Both the position numbers and the translations under genes were made by a program. Source: a virus (taxonomy: Duplodnaviria > Caudoviricetes). From it: a DNA stretch of 64,000 nt. Shown here piece after piece: positions 50,176-60,384 of this stretch; positions within the stretch are counted from its first letter, which is position 1; the number at the start of each line of letters is the position of its first letter. Below the pieces are notes generated by a model, which was not told the DNA's origin, did no database searches, and was given only the letters and a program-made list of their open reading frames with translations. The stretch lies in the IMG/VR virus record IMGVR_UViG_3300006151_000005, positions 32,001 to 96,000 of that record; one strand, written 5' to 3'.

Positions 50176-51456
50176 TCATTGTTGTTTGATTTCAGCAGTC
50201 ACGCCGTCAGTGCCGGTCACGTCTGCCGGATTAATCGCTTTCGCGGAATCGGGATTTTCAACAGCCATCGACAATTCTAAATCGCAGAAGCCTTTGCAAG
50301 CTCCGCGATAGCCGTTGAAAAATTCAATGGCGGTCATGCGTCGCTTGTTCGGCATCTGCAATTCAAGCACGGAAATAAGCTCGTCGCCACAGGCGATGTA
50401 TAACTTGCGGTCTTGCCAGAACAACTCGCCGGGTGCATGATAGCCACGCGGTATGCCGGTCTTTTCCGTCTTGAATATCTTGACGCTTATTGCCTGCTTT
50501 CCAAGCATTGCCAGCGAAGTCCATGCCGATGGGATGGGCGTAAGTGCGCGTATGAAGTCATAGACGTAATTGGCAGGCTTGAGCCACGGAATGATGCAGT
50601 CCTTTCGGTGTAGCTTCGGCGCGTAGCAGGGCTGGATGAAGTCGCAGATAAGCTCCGATTGTGGGATGGGTCTGCAAGAATGGGCTATGCGCTGAATTGC
50701 ATCGTCCATCATTTCCGCACCGGCTATGCGCAATTTGATGTGAACGTCTTCCGCGTTGTCATCCTCATCGATGCCGATGGCGAGATTGTTGATGATGCCG
50801 CCAGTATCGATTTTGTCTTCAAGCATGAACGTAGTCACGCCGGTCATGCTGTTACCGTCCTTGATAGCGGATGCGATGGTGGAAGCACCGCGATACATGG
50901 GCAGCATGGACGAATGGAGATTGATTGTTCCCCACTTCGGAATGGTGTATAGCGCACGTGGCAGTATTCTGAACTCCACCACTACGCCAAGCGTAGCATG
51001 AAGATTGTGGATGTGCCGCAGAAACCTGTTGGAGTCGAGCTTCCGTGGCTGAAAAACAAGGATACCCATAGACTCTGCATAGACCTTGACCGCAGACTTG
51101 CGCACGACCTTTCCGCGACCGAAGGGCTTATCCTCCATCGTTACCACGGCGGCGACATCATAGCCGCGCTCTACAAGTATCTTGAGGGTTGGTAGGGCGA
51201 ACTGTCCGTTTCCGAAAAACACGATGCGGATGCCCTTCCGTTCTACCGGCTTGGACGAGTCGTATTCCGGATAGGCTACGATTTCCGTTTCATCAGCAGC
51301 CGTGTAACCGCCATTACGCAGACGCACCAAGTATGAGCCATCTTCTACCGGGTATAGAATCTGACCCTGACTTAGTATTCCTTTGTCTTCATTCGCGCAT
51401 AACAGGCTTGATGGAACTTGTACCGATTGCCCTACGCGATAGATGGGCGTTTTCAT
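50176..51456 (-). CDS. fmt: Methionyl-tRNA formyltransferase with ~75-aa N-terminal extension
   Basis: IVFFGNGQFA, VVTMEDKPFGRG, FQP, INLHSSMLPMYRGA, GVTTF...IDTG, YAPKL, IRALTPIPSAW, LQMPNKRRM: both Fmt domains; ATGA-coupled to the XRE gene. Confidence 0.9.
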   Translation of the reverse strand: MKTPIYRVGQSVQVPSSLLCANEDKGILSQGQILYPVEDGSYLVRLRNGGYTAADETEIVAYPEYDSSKPVERKGIRIVFFGNGQFALPTLKILVERGYDVAAVVTMEDKPFGRGKVVRKSAVKVYAESMGILVFQPRKLDSNRFLRHIHNLHATLGVVVEFRILPRALYTIPKWGTINLHSSMLPMYRGASTIASAIKDGNSMTGVTTFMLEDKIDTGGIINNLAIGIDEDDNAEDVHIKLRIAGAEMMDDAIQRIAHSCRPIPQSELICDFIQPCYAPKLHRKDCIIPWLKPANYVYDFIRALTPIPSAWTSLAMLGKQAISVKIFKTEKTGIPRGYHAPGELFWQDRKLYIACGDELISVLELQMPNKRRMTAIEFFNGYRGACKGFCDLELSMAVENPDSAKAINPADVTGTDGVTAEIKQQ

Positions 51457-51722
51457 CGCGGTGTGGCTGTCTTGATGTCGATGCGCGAGCCGCACTGGGG
51501 GCAGATGATTGTCGCCGGGTTGGGCGCAAGGTAATCCGTGAAAAGCGAAGCCACGGGTACGTCAAGGGCTTCCGCAATCTTCTCAAGTGTTGAAATGTTC
51601 GGATTGTTCTTTTCGTTCACGATGCCGCCGAGTGTCTGCGGCGTGATTTCCATCTTGTCCGCAAGCTGTTTGAGGGTCATCCCCTTTGAAGCAACGATTG
51701 CTTTAATTCTGAACTTTGACAT
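51453..51722 (-). CDS. XRE HTH regulator with zinc ribbon (paralogue 3)
   Basis: TLKQLADKMEITPQTLG...PNISTLEKIAEALDV...CPQCG. Confidence 0.85.
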   Translation of the reverse strand: MSKFRIKAIVASKGMTLKQLADKMEITPQTLGGIVNEKNNPNISTLEKIAEALDVPVASLFTDYLAPNPATIICPQCGSRIDIKTATPR

Positions 51723-51911
51723 AATAAGTATTTTACTGATTGGGTTGTTTTGGGCTATTTTCTGCAAAGTTACTGTTCCGTAGGCTTATAAAACGTGCGC
51801 CAACTGCAAATAATTGCTAAATACTGATTGAAATAATAGTAAATACTTGCATGGTAAATAATATTAGTGTATCTTTGCATCGGTCAAATTAAAGACGACC
51901 ACCTTAAAACA

Positions 51912-52232
51912 ATGAACCAAGCAGAGAACGCCATAGAAGAGGATTTTGACGATTACGCATACGATAGCAACTACGACCTTTACGATAGTCTGGATTGCGA
52001 AGACGTGCGCGATATGACCGACCGACCCTCGCGTTTCGTTCAACGCCACATCTTGCCCGGTCTGCACCCCTTGATTGAAGAAATAAGGGCTAACAACGGC
52101 GCGGCGAAGATGGGCGAAGAATTAAGATGCCCTATGTGCGGAAGAAAGTTTGTCAAGAAGTCTTATCAACAGAAATTCTGCACAAATGACTGCAAGGTCA
52201 AATACCACAACAAACGACAGGTATGGTACTGA
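51912..52232 (+). CDS. Zinc-finger protein with acidic N-terminus
   Basis: CPMCGRKF...QKFCTNDC. Confidence 0.6.
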   Translation: MNQAENAIEEDFDDYAYDSNYDLYDSLDCEDVRDMTDRPSRFVQRHILPGLHPLIEEIRANNGAAKMGEELRCPMCGRKFVKKSYQQKFCTNDCKVKYHNKRQVWY

Positions 52233-52900
52233 CACAAAGAGTAAATACCCCGCTTTTCGGGGAGGCGCAGATGTTCAGCGAGCAAGTATCTACCGCCGGC
52301 ATACGCAATGCTGTGATGGATGGGCGTGTTATGCGCGTCCTGCCACACGCGGAATGGATGAAGTTTTCATGGGCTGAAATCCGCACGTTGCTTCACGAAA
52401 CCGCCACTTATGTTGTGCCGACCGAGGAGCTTATAGACTACCTTGACGAGCTTATCGGCGAAGAAAAGGCGATTGAGATTTGCGCCGGCAACGGATATAT
52501 CGGAAGCAATCTTGACATAATGATGACCGATAACTATCAGCAGCGGGATGACAAGATGACAGTAATGATGTACGACCTTATGAGGCAACCGCGCATCAAA
52601 TATCCCGGCTCGGTCTTGAAGATGGAAGCAAGTCAAGCAGTACGTCGCATGAAGCCGCACACCGTTATTGGATGCTATGCCACGCATAAATGGCGCGATG
52701 ATGTTCAGAACGGAAACGATAAAGGCGTTGACTTTGCCGACGTGTTCGCACACATTCATCGCCTTGTGCTTGTGGGTCACAAAGAAACACACAAGTATAA
52801 TCCGATGATGGAATTGCCGCATAAGGAAATTGAATTACCCGGCTTGCTTACAAGAGCTGCCGACCAGTCATTAAACCGAATATTCATCTGGGAACACTGA
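52223..52900 (+). CDS. Hypothetical protein with SAM-binding-like motif
   Basis: AIEICAGNGYIG. Confidence 0.5.
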   Translation: MVLTQRVNTPLFGEAQMFSEQVSTAGIRNAVMDGRVMRVLPHAEWMKFSWAEIRTLLHETATYVVPTEELIDYLDELIGEEKAIEICAGNGYIGSNLDIMMTDNYQQRDDKMTVMMYDLMRQPRIKYPGSVLKMEASQAVRRMKPHTVIGCYATHKWRDDVQNGNDKGVDFADVFAHIHRLVLVGHKETHKYNPMMELPHKEIELPGLLTRAADQSLNRIFIWEH

Positions 52901-52901
52901 T

Positions 52902-53614
52902 ATGGAAACAGCAATAAACAAAATCACGCCGACAATAGAGCAAATGCGCCACTTGCAATCGCTTGGCGACAAGTGCGACGACGCAAGCATGGTCTATCAT
53001 CCGGTATCTGCACATTCTGAAATCTTCAAGTTGGAGGTTGGGAATGTGGAACACAAACGCGAGTTTTGGAACAATCCCAAGCGCATAGCATTGGTGGGCG
53101 AGGATTTTTACAATCGGATGCACGGGCGTGACGTGCCGGCATACACCGCCGATGACCTTATGACGAAATTGCCGGAATCAATTCTTATCAACGGCATCTG
53201 GCATCGCCTTTTCATAGGCAATAAACATGAAGACGGTTTGCGCGTCTTCGCGGCATCTTATTCTTTCAGAGATGATAGCGGAAGATTTGTAGCTGCGCGT
53301 CAGGACACCGAATGGGAGTCAACAATCTTTATTCAGTTGCTCTATGCCGTCTATCTGTGGTGCGTAGAAAACAAACATATCAATCTTACGGAAAAATGAC
53401 TATCGAAGAAGTCTTTACACTGATAAGCCGCATCGCATTTATTTGCTGTCAAGGCTGTCTGATTGCCTTTTGGATAATGCTATGGCGGCAAAACAGGGCG
53501 CGGAAGAAGCACGAAGAAGGATACGAGCGTGACTTGAAAGCCTTGCAGAATCTTTCTGGCGAGGAATACTGGAAAGCCTACGGCGAATTTAAGCAAAAGT
53601 ACATCAAAAAATAA
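52902..53614 (+). CDS. Hypothetical protein (52902-53399) and small membrane protein (53396-53614)
   Basis: Coupled ORFs. Confidence 0.5.
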
Positions 53615-53618
53615 TGAC

Positions 53619-54188
53619 ATGAAATTACTGTTTTTCGATTTAGAAACAGCCGGTACGATGGTCAACAAGCACGGAATACACCAAATATCCGGCTTCATCG
53701 TTATCGACGGCGAAATCAAGGAGAAATTCAATCTCCATGTTCGCCCCAATCCACAGGCGCAGATAGACCCCGTCGCATTAGAGGTGGCAGGCGTGACGGA
53801 AGCGCAAGTCAAGGCTTACCCTCCGATGGAGCAGGTGTATGCCGGTTTCGTGGATATACTATCCAAGTATGCCGACCGCTACAACAAGAAAGATAAATTC
53901 TTTCTCGTCGGCTATAACAACGCATCATTCGACAATCAGTTTCTCCGTGCGTGGTTCATTCAGAACGGCGATAAATACTTCGGCTCATGGTTTTGGGCTA
54001 ACAGTATAGACGTGATGGTAATGGCGACACCTTACCTTGCAGAACGTCGCGCCGAGATGGAAAACTTCAAACAGGGCACAGTCGCCAAGACCCTCGGTAT
54101 AGTCGTGGAAGATGACAAGCTGCACGATGCCCTCTACGACATCGAAATCTGCAAAGCTATCTACGACAAGGTTTGCGGAAAGTATTAA
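53619..54188 (+). CDS. DEDDh 3'-5' exonuclease (DnaQ-like)
   Basis: FFDLET, GYNNASFD, HDALYD. Confidence 0.88.
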   Translation: MKLLFFDLETAGTMVNKHGIHQISGFIVIDGEIKEKFNLHVRPNPQAQIDPVALEVAGVTEAQVKAYPPMEQVYAGFVDILSKYADRYNKKDKFFLVGYNNASFDNQFLRAWFIQNGDKYFGSWFWANSIDVMVMATPYLAERRAEMENFKQGTVAKTLGIVVEDDKLHDALYDIEICKAIYDKVCGKY

Positions 54189-54207
54189 CCATTAACCATC
54201 ATATCAA

Positions 54208-54990
54208 ATGAGAATCAAGAAGCAAAAGTCGTTCAAGAACGGTACGGTGTACTGCCTTGAGCTGGAGGACGGAATGTTAGTAGAAACAACCGACACCTTT
54301 CTGCCATTCTACACCAAAGACGCAATCGGTCGCAAGCAGAATTTTCTTGACAACAGTCAGCTCGGCAGTCGTGCGGAACGCTGGATGATAGGCGTATCCA
54401 CGATGAGCGGATGCCCGGTTCACTGCAAATTCTGCGCAACCGGCAACATGAAGCGTTGGCGCAATCTTACGGCTGACGAAATTGTCGGTCAGGTGGAATT
54501 TGCCATCGCACAGGCAGGATTCAACCCGGCAGATGCCCGCGAGTTCAAAATCAACTACACGCGCATGGGTGAGCCTTTCTTGAACATCGACGCAGTTAAA
54601 GAAGCCATTGCCCGCATCACGGAAAAATATCCGAACACACATCACTACGTTTCAACCATCGGCATCGCCGGCAGCGATTTCTCTTTTGTCAAGGGGAACG
54701 TGACGCTCCAGATAAGTCTGCATAGCTTTGACGATGACAAGCGTAACTGGCTTATCCCTTACCCCAAGAAGATGACCATCGAAGAGCTGGGGCGCATACG
54801 CACGGAAAGCAACCTTAAAACGACCATCAACCTTACACTCGTTGACGAGTCGGATTTCGATGCTGAAAAGCCGGCGAAGTATTTTGACAAGGATTATTTC
54901 TTTGTCAAGCTATCGCCCATCAATCCCAACAGCATATCGGAAAAGAACAATCTCGGTAACGGTGTTATCGAGGGCGTGAACATTGTATAA
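54208..54990 (+). CDS. RlmN/Cfr-like radical SAM protein, C-terminally truncated
   Basis: VET, VSTMSGCPVHCKFCATG, RNLTADEIVGQV, MGEPFLN, VSTIG, LQISLHS, R..LIP. Confidence 0.8.
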   Translation: MRIKKQKSFKNGTVYCLELEDGMLVETTDTFLPFYTKDAIGRKQNFLDNSQLGSRAERWMIGVSTMSGCPVHCKFCATGNMKRWRNLTADEIVGQVEFAIAQAGFNPADAREFKINYTRMGEPFLNIDAVKEAIARITEKYPNTHHYVSTIGIAGSDFSFVKGNVTLQISLHSFDDDKRNWLIPYPKKMTIEELGRIRTESNLKTTINLTLVDESDFDAEKPAKYFDKDYFFVKLSPINPNSISEKNNLGNGVIEGVNIV

Positions 54991-55010
54991 CCACTTAACA
55001 CAACAACCAC

Positions 55011-55130
55011 ATGGAAGCAATCAAGAAACAGCTTGAATCTATGGGTTACGATTATGCAGTCGCTATCGCAACCAAGTCGGAAATTGAAAACGGAGCCGCC
55101 TGCGGACAACTCGCAATCATCACTGACTAA
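55011..55130 (+). CDS. 39-aa peptide carrying the RlmN C-terminal AACGQL motif
   Basis: MEAIKKQLESMGYDYAVAIATKSEIENGAACGQLAIITD*; own ATG and A/C-rich leader; different frame from the upstream gene. Confidence 0.75.
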   Translation: MEAIKKQLESMGYDYAVAIATKSEIENGAACGQLAIITD

Positions 55131-55142
55131 TCCCGGCAACCC

Positions 55143-55180
55143 GGCGGCTTGAGGAGTGCTTCGGTATTCTTCAAGTCGCC
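55143..55180 (+). other. Long hairpin closing the radical SAM/peptide pair
   Basis: GGCGGCTTGAGGAGTGC-TTCG-GTATTCTTCAAGTCGCC with G:U pairs. Confidence 0.6.
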
Positions 55181-55195
55181 ATTACCCTTGAAACA

Positions 55196-57257
55196 ATGGA
55201 AAAATTTCTACTGGCACTCCCGATATTAGGCATGGTTGTCGTTGTGGGCATCCCACTATGGGCATACGTGTCTTTCAAAGCATACAAGCGGAAGCTGCGC
55301 CGCTTCTATGACGAAATCAAGATTGGCGACCGCTATCAGTTCACAATACCGCCGTTGCATCCGTTTGACGAAGCCCATGTTTACAAGGCGACCATTATAG
55401 GCAAGGCGTTAGCCGGTGGAAAATCCTCGTGGGTACAATATCGCTACGATGACGGCTCGGTGTCGCAAGATGAATTAGGCGAGTTTTTTGACGTGGCATG
55501 AAGCAATAACCGATTAAAACTTTGAACAATGGAAAGAGATGAAAGCAAGACAACTCGGCATGAGTCTTTTGGTATAATCAAAGCCCATCGTATTGTAGGT
55601 CATTCTGGCTTCATGTATGGCTCTGATGTGAAATTGGATAGCTTCATCCAAATTGAAATTACCAAAAACTCAAGCGTGGAATATGACCGAGTATTGGGCC
55701 GCAGAACCTATTCGTCAAACAAGATGGAAGATTCGGTTGTCGCCATCAAGATGACACCGGCGCAATTCGCGGAGTTTATTACAACACTGAATATTGGTAA
55801 CGGTACACCTTGCACCATAGAAGAAATAGGCGGCGAGCGAATAGACCAGTTTAAGGAAGAAATTCAGGGTCGTGTTGATTACGAAATAGAGAAGCTGCGC
55901 AAATCCCTTAAAGAACATCGCAGGCAATTCAATAGGGCGAAAGAGGCAATCATACCCCTTATCGATAAGCTCCCCAAGAAACGCCAAGAAGTTATTTTAA
56001 GCATCATTGAAAGTGTAGCTACCAGTGTATGCTCAAATACGCCTTTTTATCTTGATACGCTTACGGAGGTCGTGGAAGAAGTTACGGCAACCGCCAAAAC
56101 CGAAATCGCAAGTTTTATCGGTGTGGCGCAGAACATCGCCACGCTACCTCAGAATAGGGCTGGCGTAGATACATCTAAATTACTCCCGGAAACATCTCAT
56201 GAATGATAACGTAAAGCTCACTGCGGAACAAATCCGCAAGATGAAACACGCCATCGGCTTCGCTCCGGCAAAGGCTAAGAAAGGATGCTACAAAGCATAT
56301 CGCAACTACTTTGTTTCAAGGAACGATGATGCAGACTGGGATGGTATTGTTGCCGCCGGTCTTGCAGTCAAGCGTAAGGATATTTTCTACGAGCTGAATG
56401 TGGTGTATCATCTTAACGCCAAAGGTATTGAGTTTCTATCAGAAATTACGGACATCAAAATAACAGAAGCAGAATGACATACGAAGCAATCATGTACGGC
56501 ATCAAGTGCAATCGCTGTCAACAAATCTACGAAGATAGCGAGGGTGCGAATCTTGCCGTCGATAGACATGGCAACTTGGAAGAAAGCGCACAAGAAGATG
56601 GGTGGTACGTCAACGGTGATAGGCACTATTGCCCCAACTGCTACACCATAAACGAAAACGATGAGGTCGTAACAAAGCCCCTTATTGACTACTATTTCTT
56701 CAAATTCAAGAATGTATTGCAGATGCTTACCGGTCGGCAATACACTTTCTCTGAAACGGAAACCCTCTTTGTACTGAAAAGCAACTATTGCTACAAGCGT
56801 CTGAATGAAGCGCAGTCATTGATATTGCGCGACATAATCCCTGATTTTGTGGTCGATTATAGAACACCGGAAAGGGTAAAGGGTAAACGCTACGAAACCG
56901 AAACCATCCGCATCCCCAAAGATTTTAAGCACAAGTAAAATGGAGGTATTGGATAGACACCAACTTTTAGAGCTTCAAGCTCTGGGCTATAAGCCGGTAA
57001 AGAAGCCTAATATTACCCTTGAAGATATACTGTGCGTACTGCCATCGGAACTTGACAAGGACGGCTATCATAGCAACCTCACCCTGACTGCCCCGGACAC
57101 GCACCACATAGAGCGATGGGTCTGCGGCTATCATAGCTACAACGTGAAAAAGATGGCGCACTGGTACTACGAAGCTGAAACCCCGCTTGATGCCGCGTAT
57201 GCGCTATTAAAGGGGTTCATTATGCGATACGGAACTGAACAATTAAACGAGATATAA
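55196..57257 (+). CDS. Five hypothetical proteins (55196-55501, 55529-56206, 56199-56477, 56474-56938, 56940-57257)
   Basis: Coupled same-strand ORFs. Confidence 0.55.
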
Positions 57258-57258
57258 T

Positions 57259-58053
57259 ATGCTTATCCAAATCACTAACCGATGCCAAGAGGGATGCCGG
57301 CACTGCCTGCAAAACTCCCTGCCAGACGGCCCGCACATGACGGAAGCGATGTTTAAGCGCACCCTTGCTTTCGGTAAGTTTCTGCGCTGCATGACCTACG
57401 TGATGAGCGGCGGCGAGCCTACGGAACATCCGCAGTTCTATGATTTCTGCAAGATACTGAACAACTTCATCAGCAAGAATGGCAACAAGGCCGCTTTTAC
57501 TGTCGTATCTAACGGAATGTGGTATCCCGAACAAGCTGAAACGATGCGGAAGCTGGCTCGCCTTGAACACTATGCAGGGATGCAGGTCTATACCAATCAG
57601 CAGTGGTATAAGGACTACGATTTCATTATAGCGCATAAGAAAGACTTGGAAGCCATTGAAAAGGTTACGGTTGATACCGAGTCATTACAGATGCAAGACC
57701 TCGGCAGGGCGCGATTTAACGAAGACGCGCAGCTTGAAGTGGCGAAAAATCCCTATCACATGTCATGTCTTAACGGTCATCTTATCTTCAAGCAAGTATC
57801 GCCTATGCGCCGACTTGAGGGGATGTTCATAAACGGAACGATGTGCAAGCCCCTTGTCGATTTCAGAGGCAACGTCCATCTATCGGAGTCGTGCCTATGC
57901 CCGTCATTCGGAAACGTTGATACCGACATGCACATGGATATATTTCGCAATCTGCAAGAAGCGACCCCATGCCTCAAGTGTGCCGGCGGTAGAAAGTACA
58001 TGGAATCAACAGCCCCAGACATTGTGCGGGCTAAAAACATCATCGGGGTATGA
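57259..58053 (+). CDS. Radical SAM protein with Cys-rich C-terminus
   Basis: ITNRCQEGCRHC, SGGEPTEHP, SNG, C-terminal cysteines. Confidence 0.85.
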   Translation: MLIQITNRCQEGCRHCLQNSLPDGPHMTEAMFKRTLAFGKFLRCMTYVMSGGEPTEHPQFYDFCKILNNFISKNGNKAAFTVVSNGMWYPEQAETMRKLARLEHYAGMQVYTNQQWYKDYDFIIAHKKDLEAIEKVTVDTESLQMQDLGRARFNEDAQLEVAKNPYHMSCLNGHLIFKQVSPMRRLEGMFINGTMCKPLVDFRGNVHLSESCLCPSFGNVDTDMHMDIFRNLQEATPCLKCAGGRKYMESTAPDIVRAKNIIGV

Positions 58054-58762
58054 GTAAGACAATTTATCAGGAACGCGGAATAGATGTGCTTGACGATAGG
58101 CGAATCCTATTGACCATCTGCCCCAAGTGTAAGCATGAAAACTATGCGCTTAATGTAAACTCCGGCATCTGTACGTGGTGTGGCTACAACGCCCACGAAG
58201 ATGCGGAACTGAAAAAGCGAGCAATCAATCACAAAGAAGACAACGAATAATGGAAGCAATAACCGAAAAGGATGTAGAAATCATCGACCAGTGGTATAAG
58301 GATGCTCCCAAGCAGACCATTGAAACACTGCCGGATTTTATGAATCATGTTCTGAACGACTATTACCACGACTACGGAACGATTTGCAAAGTCATCGGCG
58401 CGTGCGCAATCGCAGCAGCGTGGGCGGCTAACGCAAGTCCGGGTTCTCGTGGTGGCATAACGGGTTTTCAGGCCGGCGCAGTAATGTGGGAGTTCATTAG
58501 ACACTGGAACCGCACAGGGAACAAGACCGGGATGTGCCTTATCGACTACGATGATATGCTATATCCGCAATACGAGAATAGATTTGCCAAGACCATCACA
58601 AAAGGTCTGATGGAAAGCCTTATCGAAGAGGCGAAGAAGCACATCGCCGAACACGAAAGCAACCCCAAATCAATGGTACATCCGGAGGTTCTTGCGCATT
58701 GGAAGAAAATCGCGCAAGGCATCCCTCCTTTCGGATACAAGGTCGTAGATGAAAAATTCTGA
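58050..58762 (+). CDS. Zinc-ribbon protein (58050-58250) and hypothetical protein (58250-58762)
   Basis: CPKC...CTWC; coupled ORFs. Confidence 0.55.
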
Positions 58763-58781
58763 CTTAATATCATAAAACAAA

Positions 58782-59961
58782 ATGAAATTTACCATCAACA
58801 GTAAGGCTCTTTTGAGCCGTCTGGTTGCCGCCGGCAAAGCCGTAAGCAACCGACCCACGATTTCCATTCTGGGCAATTTCATGTTCGCCCTTGATGGGAA
58901 GACCGTCACAATCACCGCATCCGATACCGACAACGTGGTAATATCGCGCATTGAAGCCAACGATGCCGAGGGTGCTGGTAGTGTCTGCATCGATGCAAAG
59001 CGCGTCACGGAACTGCTCAAGGCAATGCCGGATTGCCCCGTGGTGTTTGACATCAACGATTCAACCCACGCAACCATCATCCGCTACACCAACGGAAAAT
59101 ACAATCTGTCTGGTCTGCCCACCATAGACTATCCCATTGGCGAGGCTGACGAAACGGAAGTCAAGGGCGTATTCACAATGCCAGCTTCGCAGATTCTCAA
59201 GGCACTGGATGTTGTCGGCTTCGCTACATCCAACGATGAACTCCGCCCCATGCTGAACGGAGTGTATTGGGATATTACGGAAGATGCCGTTACATTCGTG
59301 GCAACCGACACCCATGTACTTGCAAAGTATCGTAGTACGCAGACCGCCCCCGGCAAGGTCATGAGCTTCAATCTGCCCAGTAAGTCAATCGCGCTTATCC
59401 GTGCGTTCATCGGAAAGCAGAGCGACATAAAGCTGACGGTCAGCGAAAGATTCGTCATCTTTGAGGGTAGCGACTTCAAGGTGCGCTCTACGCTTTATAA
59501 TGGAATGTACCCGAACTACAACCGCGTTATTCCCGTCAATCAGCCCATCTCTATCACGGTTGACCGCATGGACTTCGCTAACGCTATCACACGTGTTGCC
59601 ATCTGCGCTGACGCACAGACACCGGTGCTTCGCCTCAAGATTGCAGACGGAAAGATTGACATCGTGGCGCAGGACATCAGCTTCAACATCGGCGGCGAGG
59701 AGAAAGTTACGTGCGACTACGGACATCAGCTTCAACATCGGCGGCGAGGAGAAAGTGACGTGCGACTACAACGGAACACCGCTTGAAATCGGATTCAGTT
59801 CAATCTACCTCAAGGGCGTACTTAACGCGATGAACACGCAGAACGTCGTGATAAAGCTGGCGGAGGCAAGCCGACCCGGATTGTTCCTACCCGCTGAAAA
59901 CGACGAATACGACGAACTTACGCTTTTGTGTATGCCCATAAATATCCAGCAAACGACTTAA
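58782..59961 (+). pseudogene. dnaN: DNA polymerase III beta clamp, frameshifted by a 49-bp tandem duplication
   Basis: MKFTIN...PTISILGN...RPMLNGV...VATDTHVLA...YPNYNRVIP; C-terminus (IGFSSIYL...LCMPI) is in another frame after the duplication 59672-59769. Confidence 0.85.
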
Positions 59962-60381
59962 TGGGAAAAGAAAGAGGCGATTTAGCCGTAGGCAGAAAGT
60001 TCAATTTCAGAAACCATCACATCTATGCTTGTCAACATGGGATTGATACCCAAGAGATGCTTAAACAGGTTATAAAGCAGGAAAAGGAATGGTGCGAAAG
60101 GAGCATATTCCTTGCAATTCAGCTCCATAATCTGATTGAATATGACGTAGAGGTGGATGATAATTATGAAGTGACTATTCATGCACGGCTTCGGGGCGTT
60201 GTGCCGCCCGAAAAGATGGAAGATGTAAGACGCCAGTCTAATGAAGAAAGCAATAAATAAAATCAAAGACATCCTATTTGGGATTTTCGCAATTATCGTC
60301 TGTCTTATTCTTGCCGTCGTGCTTTGGCTGACGGGAGATAAGATGGATGATGATTACGACCCGTGGGATTGCTATCAGTAA
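59961..60381 (+). CDS. Hypothetical protein (59961-60260) and small membrane peptide (60241-60381)
   Basis: Coupled ORFs; second found manually. Confidence 0.45.
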
Positions 60382-60384
60382 GCT

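Noticed and set aside
54990-55011. Stop-codon readthrough joining the RlmN-like ORF to the AACGQL peptide
   Set aside because: The two ORFs are in different frames and separated by a typical A/C-rich initiation leader.
55480-55517. Possible T6 frameshift at the end of ORF 55196-55501
   Set aside because: Affects only a few terminal residues and cannot be supported without homologues.
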